Notes: generated by a model not told the origin, from the letters alone. A stretch of 64,000 bases of DNA from an uncultured Oscillospiraceae bacterium (GCA_944385545.1 CALWXQ010000001.1:48697-112696); one strand, 5' to 3'. Positions 1 through 9,511 are shown, counted from the first letter of the stretch. A program made the numbers and translations.

Positions 1-1058
1 CCCGGTGCGCCGGCCATGTGTTCCGCTCCAGCCATCAGAGCATGCGCTTCGCCGGTTTTATCGCCGTGTATGAAGAAGGCCGGGACGAAGAAGGAGAGGC
101 TGTGGGCTCCGCCCTGCCGGATCTGGCCGTGGGAGAGAAAACCGTTTCTTCCCGAATCGAGAAGGAGCAGCACTTCACCCAGCCCCCTGCCCGGTATACC
201 GAGGCTACCCTGGTCAAGGCCATGGAAGAAAAGGGGATCGGACGGCCCTCCACCTATGCCGCCACCATTTCCACCATTGAGGATCGGGAGTATGTGGTCA
301 AGCAGGACAAGCGTCTGGCGCCGACCCCTCTGGGGGAGATCGTCACGGGCCTGATGGTGGAGCGCTTCAACGATATCATCGATGTAGAGTTTACCGCCAA
401 TATGGAAAACAGTCTGGACGCGGTGGAAGAAGGCAAACAGCAGTGGCAAACTCTGCTGGGAGAGTTCTACCAGCGCTTCCACCAGGAGCTGACCGACGCG
501 GAAACCGCCCTGGAGGGTGTCCGGCTGAAGGTGCCAGAGGAGGAAACCGACGAGGTCTGCGAGCTGTGCGGCCGGAAAATGGTAATTAAAATGGGCCGCT
601 TCGGAAAATTCCTGGCCTGCCCCGGCTTCCCGGAGTGCAGGAACGCCAAGCCTCTGGTGGAGCGCATGCCCGGGCGCTGCCCAAAATGCGGCAGCGGCAT
701 GCTTAAGCGCAAGTCCAAGAAGGGCTATGCCTATTACGCCTGCGAGAAGGGCGCCGAGTGCGGCTTTATGAGCTGGGACGTGCCCACGGCGGAGGACTGC
801 CCGGAGTGCGGACAGACCCTGTTCAAGAAGTCCGGAAAGGGCCGCATGAAGCCGTTCTGCATCAACGAGCGGTGCAGCCGCTTCCTACCGGAGGATCAGC
901 GGGGCTATTACAAGAAAAAGACAGAGGCAGCCAAGGACGAAGGGGAAGCGCCGGAAGGCGCCGCCGTGAAAAAGAAGACGGCGGCGAAGAAGACTGTCCG
1001 ATCCGCAGCCGCCGGGGCGGAAAAGAAGACCGCTGCCCGAAAGACGAAGGGAGCCTGA
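1..1058 (+). CDS. topA: DNA topoisomerase I (5'-partial, C-terminal part)
   Basis: Frame is open from the window start. Motifs FTQPPARYTEATLVKAMEEKGIGRPSTYA and FTANME, three C4 zinc ribbons, Lys/Ala-rich tail. Followed by trmFO as is usual in Firmicutes. Confidence 0.95.
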   Translation, partial: RCAGHVFRSSHQSMRFAGFIAVYEEGRDEEGEAVGSALPDLAVGEKTVSSRIEKEQHFTQPPARYTEATLVKAMEEKGIGRPSTYAATISTIEDREYVVKQDKRLAPTPLGEIVTGLMVERFNDIIDVEFTANMENSLDAVEEGKQQWQTLLGEFYQRFHQELTDAETALEGVRLKVPEEETDEVCELCGRKMVIKMGRFGKFLACPGFPECRNAKPLVERMPGRCPKCGSGMLKRKSKKGYAYYACEKGAECGFMSWDVPTAEDCPECGQTLFKKSGKGRMKPFCINERCSRFLPEDQRGYYKKKTEAAKDEGEAPEGAAVKKKTAAKKTVRSAAAGAEKKTAARKTKGA

Positions 1059-1060
1059 AC

Positions 1061-2365
1061 ATGAAGGTAACGGTGATCGGCGCGGGACTGGCCGGTTCGG
1101 AGGCCGCGTGGCAGCTGGCCCAGCGGGGGCTGGAAGTGACGCTGTACGAAATGAAGCCACAGAAAATGAGTCCTGCCCACCACAGCGAGGACTTTGCCGA
1201 GCTGGTGTGTTCCAACTCCCTGCGGGGCGACCGGCTGGAGAACGCGGTGGGGCTGCTGAAAGAAGAGCTGCGCCGCTGCGGCAGCCTGATCTTAAGCTGC
1301 GCCGAGCAGACCCGTGTGGAAGCGGGCGGGTGTTTGGCGGTGGATCGGGGCGGCTTTTCCCGGCTGGTCACGGAGAGGATCCGCAGCCATCCCGGGATCA
1401 CGGTGGTTTCCCAGGAGGTCACCCGGATCCCGCAGGGGCCGGTGATCGTGGCCACCGGGCCGCTGACCTCAGAGGCCATGTCCCAGGCCATTGGAGAATA
1501 CTTCGGTCAGACGGAGTACCTGCATTTCTTTGACGCGGCGGCGCCTTTGGTAACGGCGGAGTCCATCGATATGGATCTGGCCTGGTGGCAGTCCCGCTAT
1601 GACCGGGGAACCCCGGACTACATCAACTGCGCCATGGACAAGGCGCAGTATGAAGCCTTCGTTCAGGAGCTGGCGGCGGCGGAGGAAGCACCGGTTCACG
1701 GATTTGAAGATAAACGGGTCTTTGAAGGGTGCATGCCGGTGGAGGTCATGGCCCGGCGGGGGATGGATACCCTGCGCTACGGCCCCCTGAAGCCGGTGGG
1801 CCTGACGGATCCGGCCACAGGGAAGGAGCCGTATGCCGTTGCCCAGCTTCGCCAGGACAACGCGGCGAAAAGCGTATTTAACCTGGTGGGTTTCCAGACC
1901 CATTTGAAATTCGGGGAGCAAAAACGGGTGCTTTCCATGATTCCCGCCCTGAAAAACGCGGAATTTGTCCGCTACGGGGTAATGCACCGCAATACCTTCC
2001 TCCAAAGCCCCAAGCTGCTGGACCGGTTCTATGCCGACCGCCGGGATCCCATGGTGGCCTTCGCCGGACAGATGACCGGTGTGGAAGGATACGTGGAGTC
2101 CACAGCCTCAGGCTATCTGGCGGCGGTGGCCATGGCGGCCAGGATCCAGGGAAGATCCCTGCCGAATTTCCCCAAGACCACCGCCATCGGCGCTCTGGGC
2201 TATTACATCAGCGATGGGAGCATCGAGCATTTCCAGCCGATGAATATCAATTTCAGCATCATCGCCCCGCTGGAGAAGCGGATCCGAAAAAAAGCGGAAA
2301 AAAACCTGGCCATTGCCCGGCGCTCTCTGGAGCAGCTGGAGGAATTGCTGGCCGGTGGTATCTGA
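1061..2365 (+). CDS. trmFO: tRNA (uracil-5-)-methyltransferase TrmFO
   Basis: MKVTVIGAGLAGSEAAWQLA, ELVCSNSLR, GFQTHLKFGEQKRV, RYGVMHRNTF, AGQMTGVEGY. Start trimmed to ATG 1061. Confidence 0.96.
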   Translation: MKVTVIGAGLAGSEAAWQLAQRGLEVTLYEMKPQKMSPAHHSEDFAELVCSNSLRGDRLENAVGLLKEELRRCGSLILSCAEQTRVEAGGCLAVDRGGFSRLVTERIRSHPGITVVSQEVTRIPQGPVIVATGPLTSEAMSQAIGEYFGQTEYLHFFDAAAPLVTAESIDMDLAWWQSRYDRGTPDYINCAMDKAQYEAFVQELAAAEEAPVHGFEDKRVFEGCMPVEVMARRGMDTLRYGPLKPVGLTDPATGKEPYAVAQLRQDNAAKSVFNLVGFQTHLKFGEQKRVLSMIPALKNAEFVRYGVMHRNTFLQSPKLLDRFYADRRDPMVAFAGQMTGVEGYVESTASGYLAAVAMAARIQGRSLPNFPKTTAIGALGYYISDGSIEHFQPMNINFSIIAPLEKRIRKKAEKNLAIARRSLEQLEELLAGGI

Positions 2366-2384
2366 ACAGAAAGAGGTGGAACAG

Positions 2385-3413
2385 TTGAAGATCATTCTTG
2401 ATGCAATGGGCGGCGATAACGCCCCGGAGGCGCCTGTCCTGGGAGCCATCGAGGCGGCGAAGGCCTTTGATACGGAGATTACCCTGGTAGGCCGGGGAGA
2501 GGCTATCCTGGAGGTCATGGAAAAGCATGGGATTCAGGATCTTCCCGCGGGCATGGAGATCGCCCATGCCGACGATGTGGTGGATATGCATGACGACCCC
2601 GGCTCCGTGATCCACAAGCGGAAAAACTCTTCCATGATCCTGGGCCTGAAGATGCTTGCCGAGGGCAAGGGCGACGCCTTTGTCTGCGCTGGCTCCACCG
2701 GCGCCCTGCTCACCGGCGCTACGCTGATCGTCAAGCGGGTCAGAGGCATCCGGCGGGCCGCCATGGCCCCCTCCGTACCCACAAAGACTGGCGGGCGGGT
2801 GATCATCTGCGACTGCGGCGCCAACGCCGAGTGCACGCCGGAATTTCTGCTGCAGTTCGGCCTGGTGGCCTCTGCCTATGCCAAAAGCGTGTTGGGAATC
2901 GAAACGCCCCGGGTGGGCCTGCTGAATATCGGCGCCGAGGAAACCAAGGGTACCCAGCTGCAAAAGGACGCGTTCGCGCTGCTGAAGGATGCGGCGGACA
3001 AGGGCCTGATCCATTTCACCGGCAACGTGGAAGCCAGAGCCGTTCCCTTGGGAGAAGTGGACGTGGTGGTCTGCGACGGATTCAACGGCAATGTGCTGAT
3101 CAAGTCCATTGAAGGCACGGCCATGTTTATGGGCAGCCTGCTGAAGCGGATGTTCAAGAAAAATCTGCTGACCAAGGTAGGCTATCTTCTGTGCAAGGGC
3201 GGCGTGGAAGATATGATGAAGCTGCTGGATTACCGGCAGATCGGCGGTACCCAGTTCCTGGGCATTCAAAAGCCGGTGATTAAGGCCCACGGTTCCTCTG
3301 ACGCTCTGGCCTTCCGCAATGCGGTGGGGCAGGCGGTGACCGCTGCCCAGGGCAACTTTACCGCTCAGCTGGAGCGGGATTTGGCGGCAATGAAGGAGCG
3401 GGCCCATGATTAA
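2385..3413 (+). CDS. plsX: phosphate acyltransferase PlsX
   Basis: KIILDAMGGDNAP, DCGANAE, GLLNIGAEETKG, VCDGFNGNV, KAHGSS. TTG start after GAGGTG. Confidence 0.95.
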   Translation: MKIILDAMGGDNAPEAPVLGAIEAAKAFDTEITLVGRGEAILEVMEKHGIQDLPAGMEIAHADDVVDMHDDPGSVIHKRKNSSMILGLKMLAEGKGDAFVCAGSTGALLTGATLIVKRVRGIRRAAMAPSVPTKTGGRVIICDCGANAECTPEFLLQFGLVASAYAKSVLGIETPRVGLLNIGAEETKGTQLQKDAFALLKDAADKGLIHFTGNVEARAVPLGEVDVVVCDGFNGNVLIKSIEGTAMFMGSLLKRMFKKNLLTKVGYLLCKGGVEDMMKLLDYRQIGGTQFLGIQKPVIKAHGSSDALAFRNAVGQAVTAAQGNFTAQLERDLAAMKERAHD

Positions 3414-4092
3414 GGATCTGGAAGCCGCCATCGGTTATCGGTTCAAAAACCTTTCCCTGCTGCAAAACGCCCTGACCCATTCCTCCTACGCCAACGAACG
3501 CTGGCACAACAGCCTGCTCAGCAACGAGCGGCTGGAATTTCTGGGCGACAGCGTGCTGGGAATGCTGGTGGCGGAATACCTGTTCCGCAACTTTCCCAAC
3601 CGGCCGGAGGGAGAGCTGACCAGAATGCGGGCGGACATGGTCTGCGAAAAGACCCTGGCGGCTGCCGCCAACCGCATTGGTTTGGGCGAGCATCTGCTGC
3701 TGGGCCACGGCGAGGAGCAGGGCGGAGGCCGCAGCCGGGATTCCATTCTGGCCGACGCGGTGGAATCGGTGATCGCCGCCTGCTTCCTGGACGGCGGAAT
3801 CACGGCGGCGTTGCAATTTGTTCAGCAGTTTATCCTGGTGGAGGTTCCGGTGACGAAGCTGCACAACATGGACTATAAGACCCGGCTCCAGGAGCTGGTG
3901 CAGCAGAAGAAGAACCAGGTGCTGGCATACAGTTTGGTGGGGCAGTCCGGCCCCGACCATGACAAGCGCTTTGACGTGGAGGTCAGCCTGAACGGAGCGG
4001 TGGTCGGCCATGGCTCCGGCAGCAGCAAGAAGCGGGCTGAGCAGGACGCGGCTAGGGCAGCCATTGGGAAGCTGTTCCCTGATGCGGATTAG
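3406..4092 (+). CDS. rnc: ribonuclease III
   Basis: ALTHSSY, NERLEFLGDSVL, and C-terminal dsRBD (DYKTRLQE...GPDHDKRF...GSSKKRAEQDAA). Confidence 0.97.
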   Translation: MIKDLEAAIGYRFKNLSLLQNALTHSSYANERWHNSLLSNERLEFLGDSVLGMLVAEYLFRNFPNRPEGELTRMRADMVCEKTLAAAANRIGLGEHLLLGHGEEQGGGRSRDSILADAVESVIAACFLDGGITAALQFVQQFILVEVPVTKLHNMDYKTRLQELVQQKKNQVLAYSLVGQSGPDHDKRFDVEVSLNGAVVGHGSGSSKKRAEQDAARAAIGKLFPDAD

Positions 4093-4253
4093 GGAAGCTC
4101 TGAATAAATCGTCTTCGGCTGAATGCCGGATCTTTTGCCCCATCCGTGCAGTTTAAAAAGTGGGAAATACATACAGTATTCCTCCACTTTTTAAACTTTC
4201 GGCTGAGTCAAAATCTCTCGGCATCAGCTCTTGCCGATTTAATCAGAGCTTCC
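4093..4253. mobile_element. 161-bp palindromic MITE with IS5-subgroup-like ends (most intact copy in the window)
   Basis: TIR GGAAGCTCTGAATAAATCG matches the reverse complement of the right end at 18/19. Flanked by TTAG direct repeats at 4089-4092 and 4254-4257. Internal perfect 13-bp stem GTTTAAAAAGTGG/CCACTTTTTAAAC. No transposase. Confidence 0.88.
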
Positions 4254-4256
4254 TTA

Positions 4257-4322
4257 GAAGTCTCTGAATCAATGGCCTTCGGCTCAATGCCGGAGCTGTT
4301 GCCGATTTCATCAGAGGTTCCT
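4257..4322. repeat. internally deleted tandem copy of the same MITE
   Basis: GAAGTCTCTGAATCAATGGCCTTCGGCTCAATGCCGGA matches the left arm and TTGCCGATTTCATCAGAGGTTCC the right arm. Shares the TTAG with the first copy. Confidence 0.75.
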
Positions 4323-4399
4323 GAAAGGCGTTCCCGGCGGTGACCATCACCGCCGGGGCGTTTGCTTTCTGGGCAATCTGACGATTCTTCGTATTTTGG

Positions 4400-4428
4400 T
4401 TGACAAAGGAACAAGAATCGTTTACTAT
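4400..4428 (+). promoter_or_regulatory. sigma-A promoter
   Basis: TTGACA-17 bp-TACTAT. Confidence 0.7.
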
Positions 4429-4482
4429 CAATTGGCTAAGATCGGGCAATCAGGGTTTGTCCCGGCGAAAGGAGAGAGCCTC

Positions 4483-5577
4483 GTGGATTTCAACCAAAAG
4501 ATGTTGGAGGTCTGCCGACTGTTCCGCATTGAATACGAATACCTCGGTTACGAAACCATTCAGATGGGAAATGTGAATCGCACTTATAAAGTCAATTTTC
4601 TGCTCCCGGAGGGCAAGCCCAAGTCCTTCCTGGTGCAGAACGTCAATACCTATGCCTTCCGCAACCCCGTGGGGCTGATGGAGAATATTGACAAGGTCAC
4701 AGAACATATCCGCCGGAAAAAGCCCGGCCAGCTGGCGCTGCACTTCCACCACACCGCCGATCGCAAAACCTATGTGGAGGATGGGGAGAATTTCTGGCGA
4801 ATGACCAACTATGTTCCCTCCGTGACCTTCAATACGGTGACGGATCTAGATGTGGTGCGCAACGCGGGCAAGGCCTTTGGCGAATTCCAGATGGATCTGG
4901 CGGATTTTGACATCGGCGAGCTGACGGAGACCATTCCCGGCTTCCACAATACCCGGAACCGCTATGAGAAGCTGCGTCAGGCCATCCGGGAGGATCGGGC
5001 AGGACGGGCAAGCCAGGTTCAGGAGGAGATCGCCTATCTGCTGTCCGTTCAGGACATGGCCTGCCGCCTGACGGAGTTGCAGCTTGCCGGGGAGCTTCCC
5101 CTGCGGGTGACCCATAACGACACCAAGATCAACAATGTTTTGTTCGACCCCAGGGACAATGCTCCCATGATTGTCATTGATCTGGATACGGTGATGCCCG
5201 GCCTGATGGGCCATGACTTCGGCGACGCCATCCGCTTTGCCGCCAACTTTGTGGAGGAGGACTGCCCGGGCTGTGAGAAGGCGGGGCTGGATCTGCGGGT
5301 CTTCCGGGCCTTCGCGGAAGGGTTCCTGGAAAAGACGGCCAGGGCCATGACAGAAAAGGAGCTACAGACCCTGGCGCTGAGCAGCTTTGCCCTGACGGCG
5401 GAGCTAGCGACCCGATTCCTGGCGGACTATCTGGACGGCGACCTGTATTTCAAGATCAACGCCCCGGATCACAATCTGGTACGCGCCCGCTGCCAGATCG
5501 CCCTGGCCAAGGACATGCTCCGGAAGATGCCGGAAATGGAGCAGGTGGTGCTGGCATGCGCCGCCGCCGCGAAATAA
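4483..5577 (+). CDS. APH-fold sugar phosphotransferase, N-acetylhexosamine 1-kinase (NahK/LnpB)-like
   Basis: GNVNRTY, ETIPGFHNT, RVTHNDTKINNVLFD, VIDLDTVMPG...DFGDAIR. GTG start after AAGGAG. Confidence 0.75.
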   Translation: MDFNQKMLEVCRLFRIEYEYLGYETIQMGNVNRTYKVNFLLPEGKPKSFLVQNVNTYAFRNPVGLMENIDKVTEHIRRKKPGQLALHFHHTADRKTYVEDGENFWRMTNYVPSVTFNTVTDLDVVRNAGKAFGEFQMDLADFDIGELTETIPGFHNTRNRYEKLRQAIREDRAGRASQVQEEIAYLLSVQDMACRLTELQLAGELPLRVTHNDTKINNVLFDPRDNAPMIVIDLDTVMPGLMGHDFGDAIRFAANFVEEDCPGCEKAGLDLRVFRAFAEGFLEKTARAMTEKELQTLALSSFALTAELATRFLADYLDGDLYFKINAPDHNLVRARCQIALAKDMLRKMPEMEQVVLACAAAAK

Positions 5578-5586
5578 CCTGTTTTG

Positions 5587-5621
5587 CGCCTGCCGTTTGA
5601 ACAAAAACGGCAGGCGTTTTT
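5587..5621 (+). terminator. intrinsic terminator
   Basis: CGCCTGCCGTTT-loop-AAACGGCAGGCG followed by TTTTT. Confidence 0.8.
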
Positions 5622-5655
5622 CCGCATTTCGGATTTGTGGGCGTGAAACTGGCCC

Positions 5656-5684
5656 TTGCTGTATTTCGGATATTATGTTATAAT
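5656..5684 (+). promoter_or_regulatory. sigma-A promoter of glycan operon 1
   Basis: TTGCTG-17 bp-TATAAT with extended TG. Confidence 0.7.
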
Positions 5685-5756
5685 ATAACGAACTGTGCAG
5701 ACAATCACGCCTGCCCCTTCCGGCGGCGGGCTGTCATAGAAGCCGATGGTTAGGGT

Positions 5757-7664
5757 GTGAATACAATGTTTTTTCAAAAACCGAAGAAACCAACGAAGCG
5801 GAGCTTGTTTTCCGCTTATCGGATCGTTATGATTATGGCGCTGGATGTGCTGGCTACCGCCGCCTCCTTTTTCCTGGGACTGTGGTTCCGGGCGGATTTT
5901 GCCTTTGAGAATATCCAGCCGACCCATATGGCAGGCTACCTGTCCACCATTGGCCCCTGGTGCGCCATTACCATCGCGGTGTTTCTGGCCTTTCGGCTCT
6001 ACAGCAGCATCTGGGCCTTTGTCAGCACATCGGAGGTGTTCCGCATTGCCGGGGCGTATATTGTGCTGGCGGTGGTGGGGGTGTTGGTGTTCCATTTCGA
6101 CGGCGTGATCATCCCCCGATCCAGCATGGTCATGGGATTCCTGCTGAGCTTCGTGTGTACCGTGTGCATCCGCTTTGCCTACCGGCTGTGGCTGACGGCC
6201 CTGCGCAAGATCAGCCACGCCGCCCATGCCTCCGGACTGAAGAACGTGATGCTCATCGGCGCGGGGGATGCCGGACGGGCGCTGGCCCTGGAGTTTACCA
6301 ACAGCGACTACATCCGTGACCACCTGGCCTGCGTCATTGACGACAACCCGGTAAAGCTGGGAAAGCGCCTGTGCGGCGCGCCCATTGTGGGCAACCGCAA
6401 CGATATCCCCAAAATGGCAAAGCAGTATCGGATCAGCAAGATCATCTTCGCCATCCCCAGCTGCAGCGCCAGCGTCCGCAAGGAGATCCTGGACATCTGC
6501 TCCACCACCGGCTGCGAGGTACAGATGCTTCCCGGTATTTTCCAGATGGTCAACGGCGACGTCAGCGTCAGCCAGCTGCGCAAGGTGGATCCCCAGGATC
6601 TGCTGGGCCGGGATCCCATTAAGGTCAACCTGGACGAGATCATGGAGTACATTTCCGGTAAGGTGGTTCTGGTTACCGGCGGCGGCGGCAGCATCGGCAG
6701 CGAGCTGTGCCGGCAGATCGCCAGGGCGAACCCCAAGCAGTTGGTGATCTTCGATATCTATGAAAACAGTGCTTATGACATCCAGATGGAGCTGCGGCGC
6801 ACCTTCCCGGAGCTGGATCTGGTGGTGCTCATTGGCTCCGTGCGCAACACAAACCGGGTGGACTATGTGGTGGGCCATTACCGCCCGGATCTGATCTTCC
6901 ACGCTGCCGCCCATAAGCATGTGCCGCTGATGGAGGACAGTCCCAACGAGGCCATTAAGAACAATGTGCTGGGGACTTACAAGCTGGCAAGAGCCGCGGC
7001 CCAATACCGGGTTAAGCGCTTTGTTCAGATCTCCACGGACAAGGCGGTGAATCCCACCAACATTATGGGCGCCTCCAAGCGGCTGTGTGAAATGGTGGTG
7101 CAGATGATGAACCGGGAGTCGGACACCGAGTTTGTGGCGGTGCGCTTCGGCAATGTGCTGGGCAGCAACGGCAGCGTGATCCCCCTGTTCAAGAAGCAGA
7201 TCGAGGCCGGCGGCCCGGTAACGGTGACCCACCCGGAGATCATCCGCTTCTTTATGACCATTCCCGAGGCGGTGAGCCTGGTGCTCCAGGCGGGTTACTA
7301 TGCCCGGGGCGGGGAGATCTTTGTGCTGGACATGGGAGAGCCGGTGAAGATCGACACCATGGCCCGGAACATGATCCGCCTGAGCGGTCTGGAGCCGGAC
7401 GTGGATATCAAGGTGGAGTATACCGGCCTTCGTCCCGGGGAAAAGCTATATGAAGAACTGCTGATGAAGGAAGAAGGCATGCAGGAGACTGCCAACCGCT
7501 TGATCCACATCGGCAAGCCCATTGAAATGAACGACGAGCTGTTCAAGCGGCAGCTGGCCAGATTGGATGAAGCCAGCAGGAGCGAGGCCGTTGACATTAA
7601 GCAGATCGTGGCCCAGATTGTTCCGACATACCACGTAACGTCGGAGGAAACGCCGGCCAGGTAG
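5757..7664 (+). CDS. capD: membrane-bound UDP-GlcNAc 4,6-dehydratase (CapD/PglF/WbpM family)
   Basis: Four N-terminal TM helices, LIGAGDAG, DLLGRDP, VTGGGGSIGSELCRQ, HAAAHKHVPLME, STDKAVNPTNIMGASKR, VRFGNVLGSNGSV. Confidence 0.9.
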   Translation: MNTMFFQKPKKPTKRSLFSAYRIVMIMALDVLATAASFFLGLWFRADFAFENIQPTHMAGYLSTIGPWCAITIAVFLAFRLYSSIWAFVSTSEVFRIAGAYIVLAVVGVLVFHFDGVIIPRSSMVMGFLLSFVCTVCIRFAYRLWLTALRKISHAAHASGLKNVMLIGAGDAGRALALEFTNSDYIRDHLACVIDDNPVKLGKRLCGAPIVGNRNDIPKMAKQYRISKIIFAIPSCSASVRKEILDICSTTGCEVQMLPGIFQMVNGDVSVSQLRKVDPQDLLGRDPIKVNLDEIMEYISGKVVLVTGGGGSIGSELCRQIARANPKQLVIFDIYENSAYDIQMELRRTFPELDLVVLIGSVRNTNRVDYVVGHYRPDLIFHAAAHKHVPLMEDSPNEAIKNNVLGTYKLARAAAQYRVKRFVQISTDKAVNPTNIMGASKRLCEMVVQMMNRESDTEFVAVRFGNVLGSNGSVIPLFKKQIEAGGPVTVTHPEIIRFFMTIPEAVSLVLQAGYYARGGEIFVLDMGEPVKIDTMARNMIRLSGLEPDVDIKVEYTGLRPGEKLYEELLMKEEGMQETANRLIHIGKPIEMNDELFKRQLARLDEASRSEAVDIKQIVAQIVPTYHVTSEETPAR

Positions 7665-7685
7665 GGGTTGAAAGGGGATCCAATC

Positions 7686-8309
7686 ATGTATCAGAAATAC
7701 GGAAAGCGGTTGCTGGATTTGATCCTGTCCGGGGGCGGAATCGTCATTCTCGCGCCGGTGTACCTGGTGGTGGCGGCGGCGGTCTGGCTGGACGATCCCG
7801 GCCCGGTGCTGTTCCGGCAGAAGCGGGTGGGCGTCCACAAGACCCACTTCAACATCCTGAAATTTCGCACCATGACCATGGATACCCCGAAAGACACCCC
7901 TACCCATCTGCTGGAAAACCCTCAGCAATACATTACCCGCGTGGGCAGGATCCTGCGCAAGACCTCCCTGGACGAGCTGCCCCAGATTTTTCAGATATTC
8001 ACCGGGAAAATGTCGGTGATCGGCCCCCGCCCGGCGCTTTGGAATCAGTACGATCTGATTCGGGAACGGGATCGCTACGGGGCCAATGACGTGCGCCCGG
8101 GCCTCACCGGCTGGGCACAGATCAACGGCCGGGACGAGCTGCCCATTGACGTAAAGGCCCGCTACGACGGGGAATATGTGCGCAATCTCAGCTTTCGGTT
8201 CGACTGCAAGTGCTTCTTCGGCACCATCGTCAGTGTGATTCGGCACGACGGCGTGGTAGAAGGGGGAACCGGTCAGCTGGACAAGGGCGAGAAGGAGAAA
8301 CAGGGATGA
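7686..8309 (+). CDS. initiating phosphoglycosyl transferase (bacterial sugar transferase, WciI-like)
   Basis: KRLLD, FRQKRVG, KFRTM, RKTSLDELPQ, GPRP, PGLTGWAQINGRD. Confidence 0.9.
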   Translation: MYQKYGKRLLDLILSGGGIVILAPVYLVVAAAVWLDDPGPVLFRQKRVGVHKTHFNILKFRTMTMDTPKDTPTHLLENPQQYITRVGRILRKTSLDELPQIFQIFTGKMSVIGPRPALWNQYDLIRERDRYGANDVRPGLTGWAQINGRDELPIDVKARYDGEYVRNLSFRFDCKCFFGTIVSVIRHDGVVEGGTGQLDKGEKEKQG

Positions 8310-9496
8310 ACATTCTGGTGATCTGCCAGTATTACGCGCCGGAGCCGTTTCGTCTGCCGGATATCTGCCAGGCGCTGACCGCCATGGGCCACCGGGTGAC
8401 GGTGGTTACCGGCACACCCAACTACCCCGAGGGAGCGATTTATCCGGGGTATGAAAAGGGCGCCCGGGCGGACGAGGTGCTGGACGGCGTCCGCGTGCAC
8501 AGAGTGCCTCTGATCCCCAGAAAAAAAGGGATTGTGTACCGGTTCCTGAATTACTACAGCTTTCAGCTCTCCTCCTGCCGGTACGCGCGCCGGCTGCGGG
8601 AGCCTTTTGATGTGGTGCTGATCAATCAGCTCTCCCCGGTGATGATGGCCCAGGCGGGGCTGTCCTGGGCCAGGCGAAACGGAAAAAAGACGGTGCTGTA
8701 CTGCCTGGATCTTTGGCCGGAAAGCCTGTGCGCCGGCGGGATCCGTCCCGGCAGCCTGATCTACCGGTATTTTGCCCGGGTATCCCGGCGGATCTACAAT
8801 GCCGCCGACCGGATCGCGGTGACCTCCCGGGGCTTTGAACCCTATCTTCGCCAGCGGCTGGGGGTCAAAACGCCCTGTGTGTATCTGCCACAGTATGCCG
8901 AGGATCTGTTTGACGATGTGGCGGAGCATACGCCCCATGAAGGGCCGTATCACTTTGTGTTTGCCGGAAATGTGGGCCACATGCAGTCCGTGGAAACCAT
9001 TCTCCAGGCGGCGGAGCTGCTGCGGGAGGATTCCAGGGCCGTCTTTGACATCGTCGGCGACGGCGTGGCGCTGGATGCCTGCAAGGCCATGGCGGCGGGA
9101 CTGGAAAATGTCATCTTCCACGGCCGTCGGGAACTGGGGGAAATGAAGGCGGTTTATGCCATGGCCGACGCCATGCTGGTGACGTTAAAGGATAACCCGG
9201 TGCTGGCCAGCACCCTCCCGGGAAAGGTGCAGTCGTACATGGCTGCCGGACGGGCGGTGGTAGGCGCCATCGGCGGGGAGACGGCCACGCTGATCCGGGA
9301 AGCGGACTGCGGTCTGTGCGTCCCGGCAGAGGACGCCGAAGGTCTGGCCGGAGCTATTCAAAATTTGCTGGACAGCCCCGGGGAGCTGGACCGCTATGGC
9401 GGCAACGCCCGGGCCTATTATCGTAAGTATTTCCGCAAGGACGCCTTTCTGGAGACCCTGGTCTCCCTGCTGGAAGCGGCGTGCCGGGCGGATTAA
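8306..9496 (+). CDS. GT4 glycosyltransferase, WbuB/WciJ-like (probable L-FucNAc transferase)
   Basis: QYYAPEPF, PNYPEG, DLWPES, FAGNVG, PGKVQSYMAAG. Lies directly before fnlABC. Confidence 0.8.
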   Translation: MNILVICQYYAPEPFRLPDICQALTAMGHRVTVVTGTPNYPEGAIYPGYEKGARADEVLDGVRVHRVPLIPRKKGIVYRFLNYYSFQLSSCRYARRLREPFDVVLINQLSPVMMAQAGLSWARRNGKKTVLYCLDLWPESLCAGGIRPGSLIYRYFARVSRRIYNAADRIAVTSRGFEPYLRQRLGVKTPCVYLPQYAEDLFDDVAEHTPHEGPYHFVFAGNVGHMQSVETILQAAELLREDSRAVFDIVGDGVALDACKAMAAGLENVIFHGRRELGEMKAVYAMADAMLVTLKDNPVLASTLPGKVQSYMAAGRAVVGAIGGETATLIREADCGLCVPAEDAEGLAGAIQNLLDSPGELDRYGGNARAYYRKYFRKDAFLETLVSLLEAACRAD

Positions 9497-9511
9497 AGAA
9501 AGAGGCTGACT

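Noticed and set aside
4146-4449. Short ORFs 4146-4343, 4208-4414 and 4243-4449
   Set aside because: Translations of the MITE copies and promoter region; no evidence of independent genes.
4483-5577. Aminoglycoside resistance gene
   Set aside because: APH fold only; motifs fit the sugar-kinase (NahK-like) branch and there is no resistance or mobile context.
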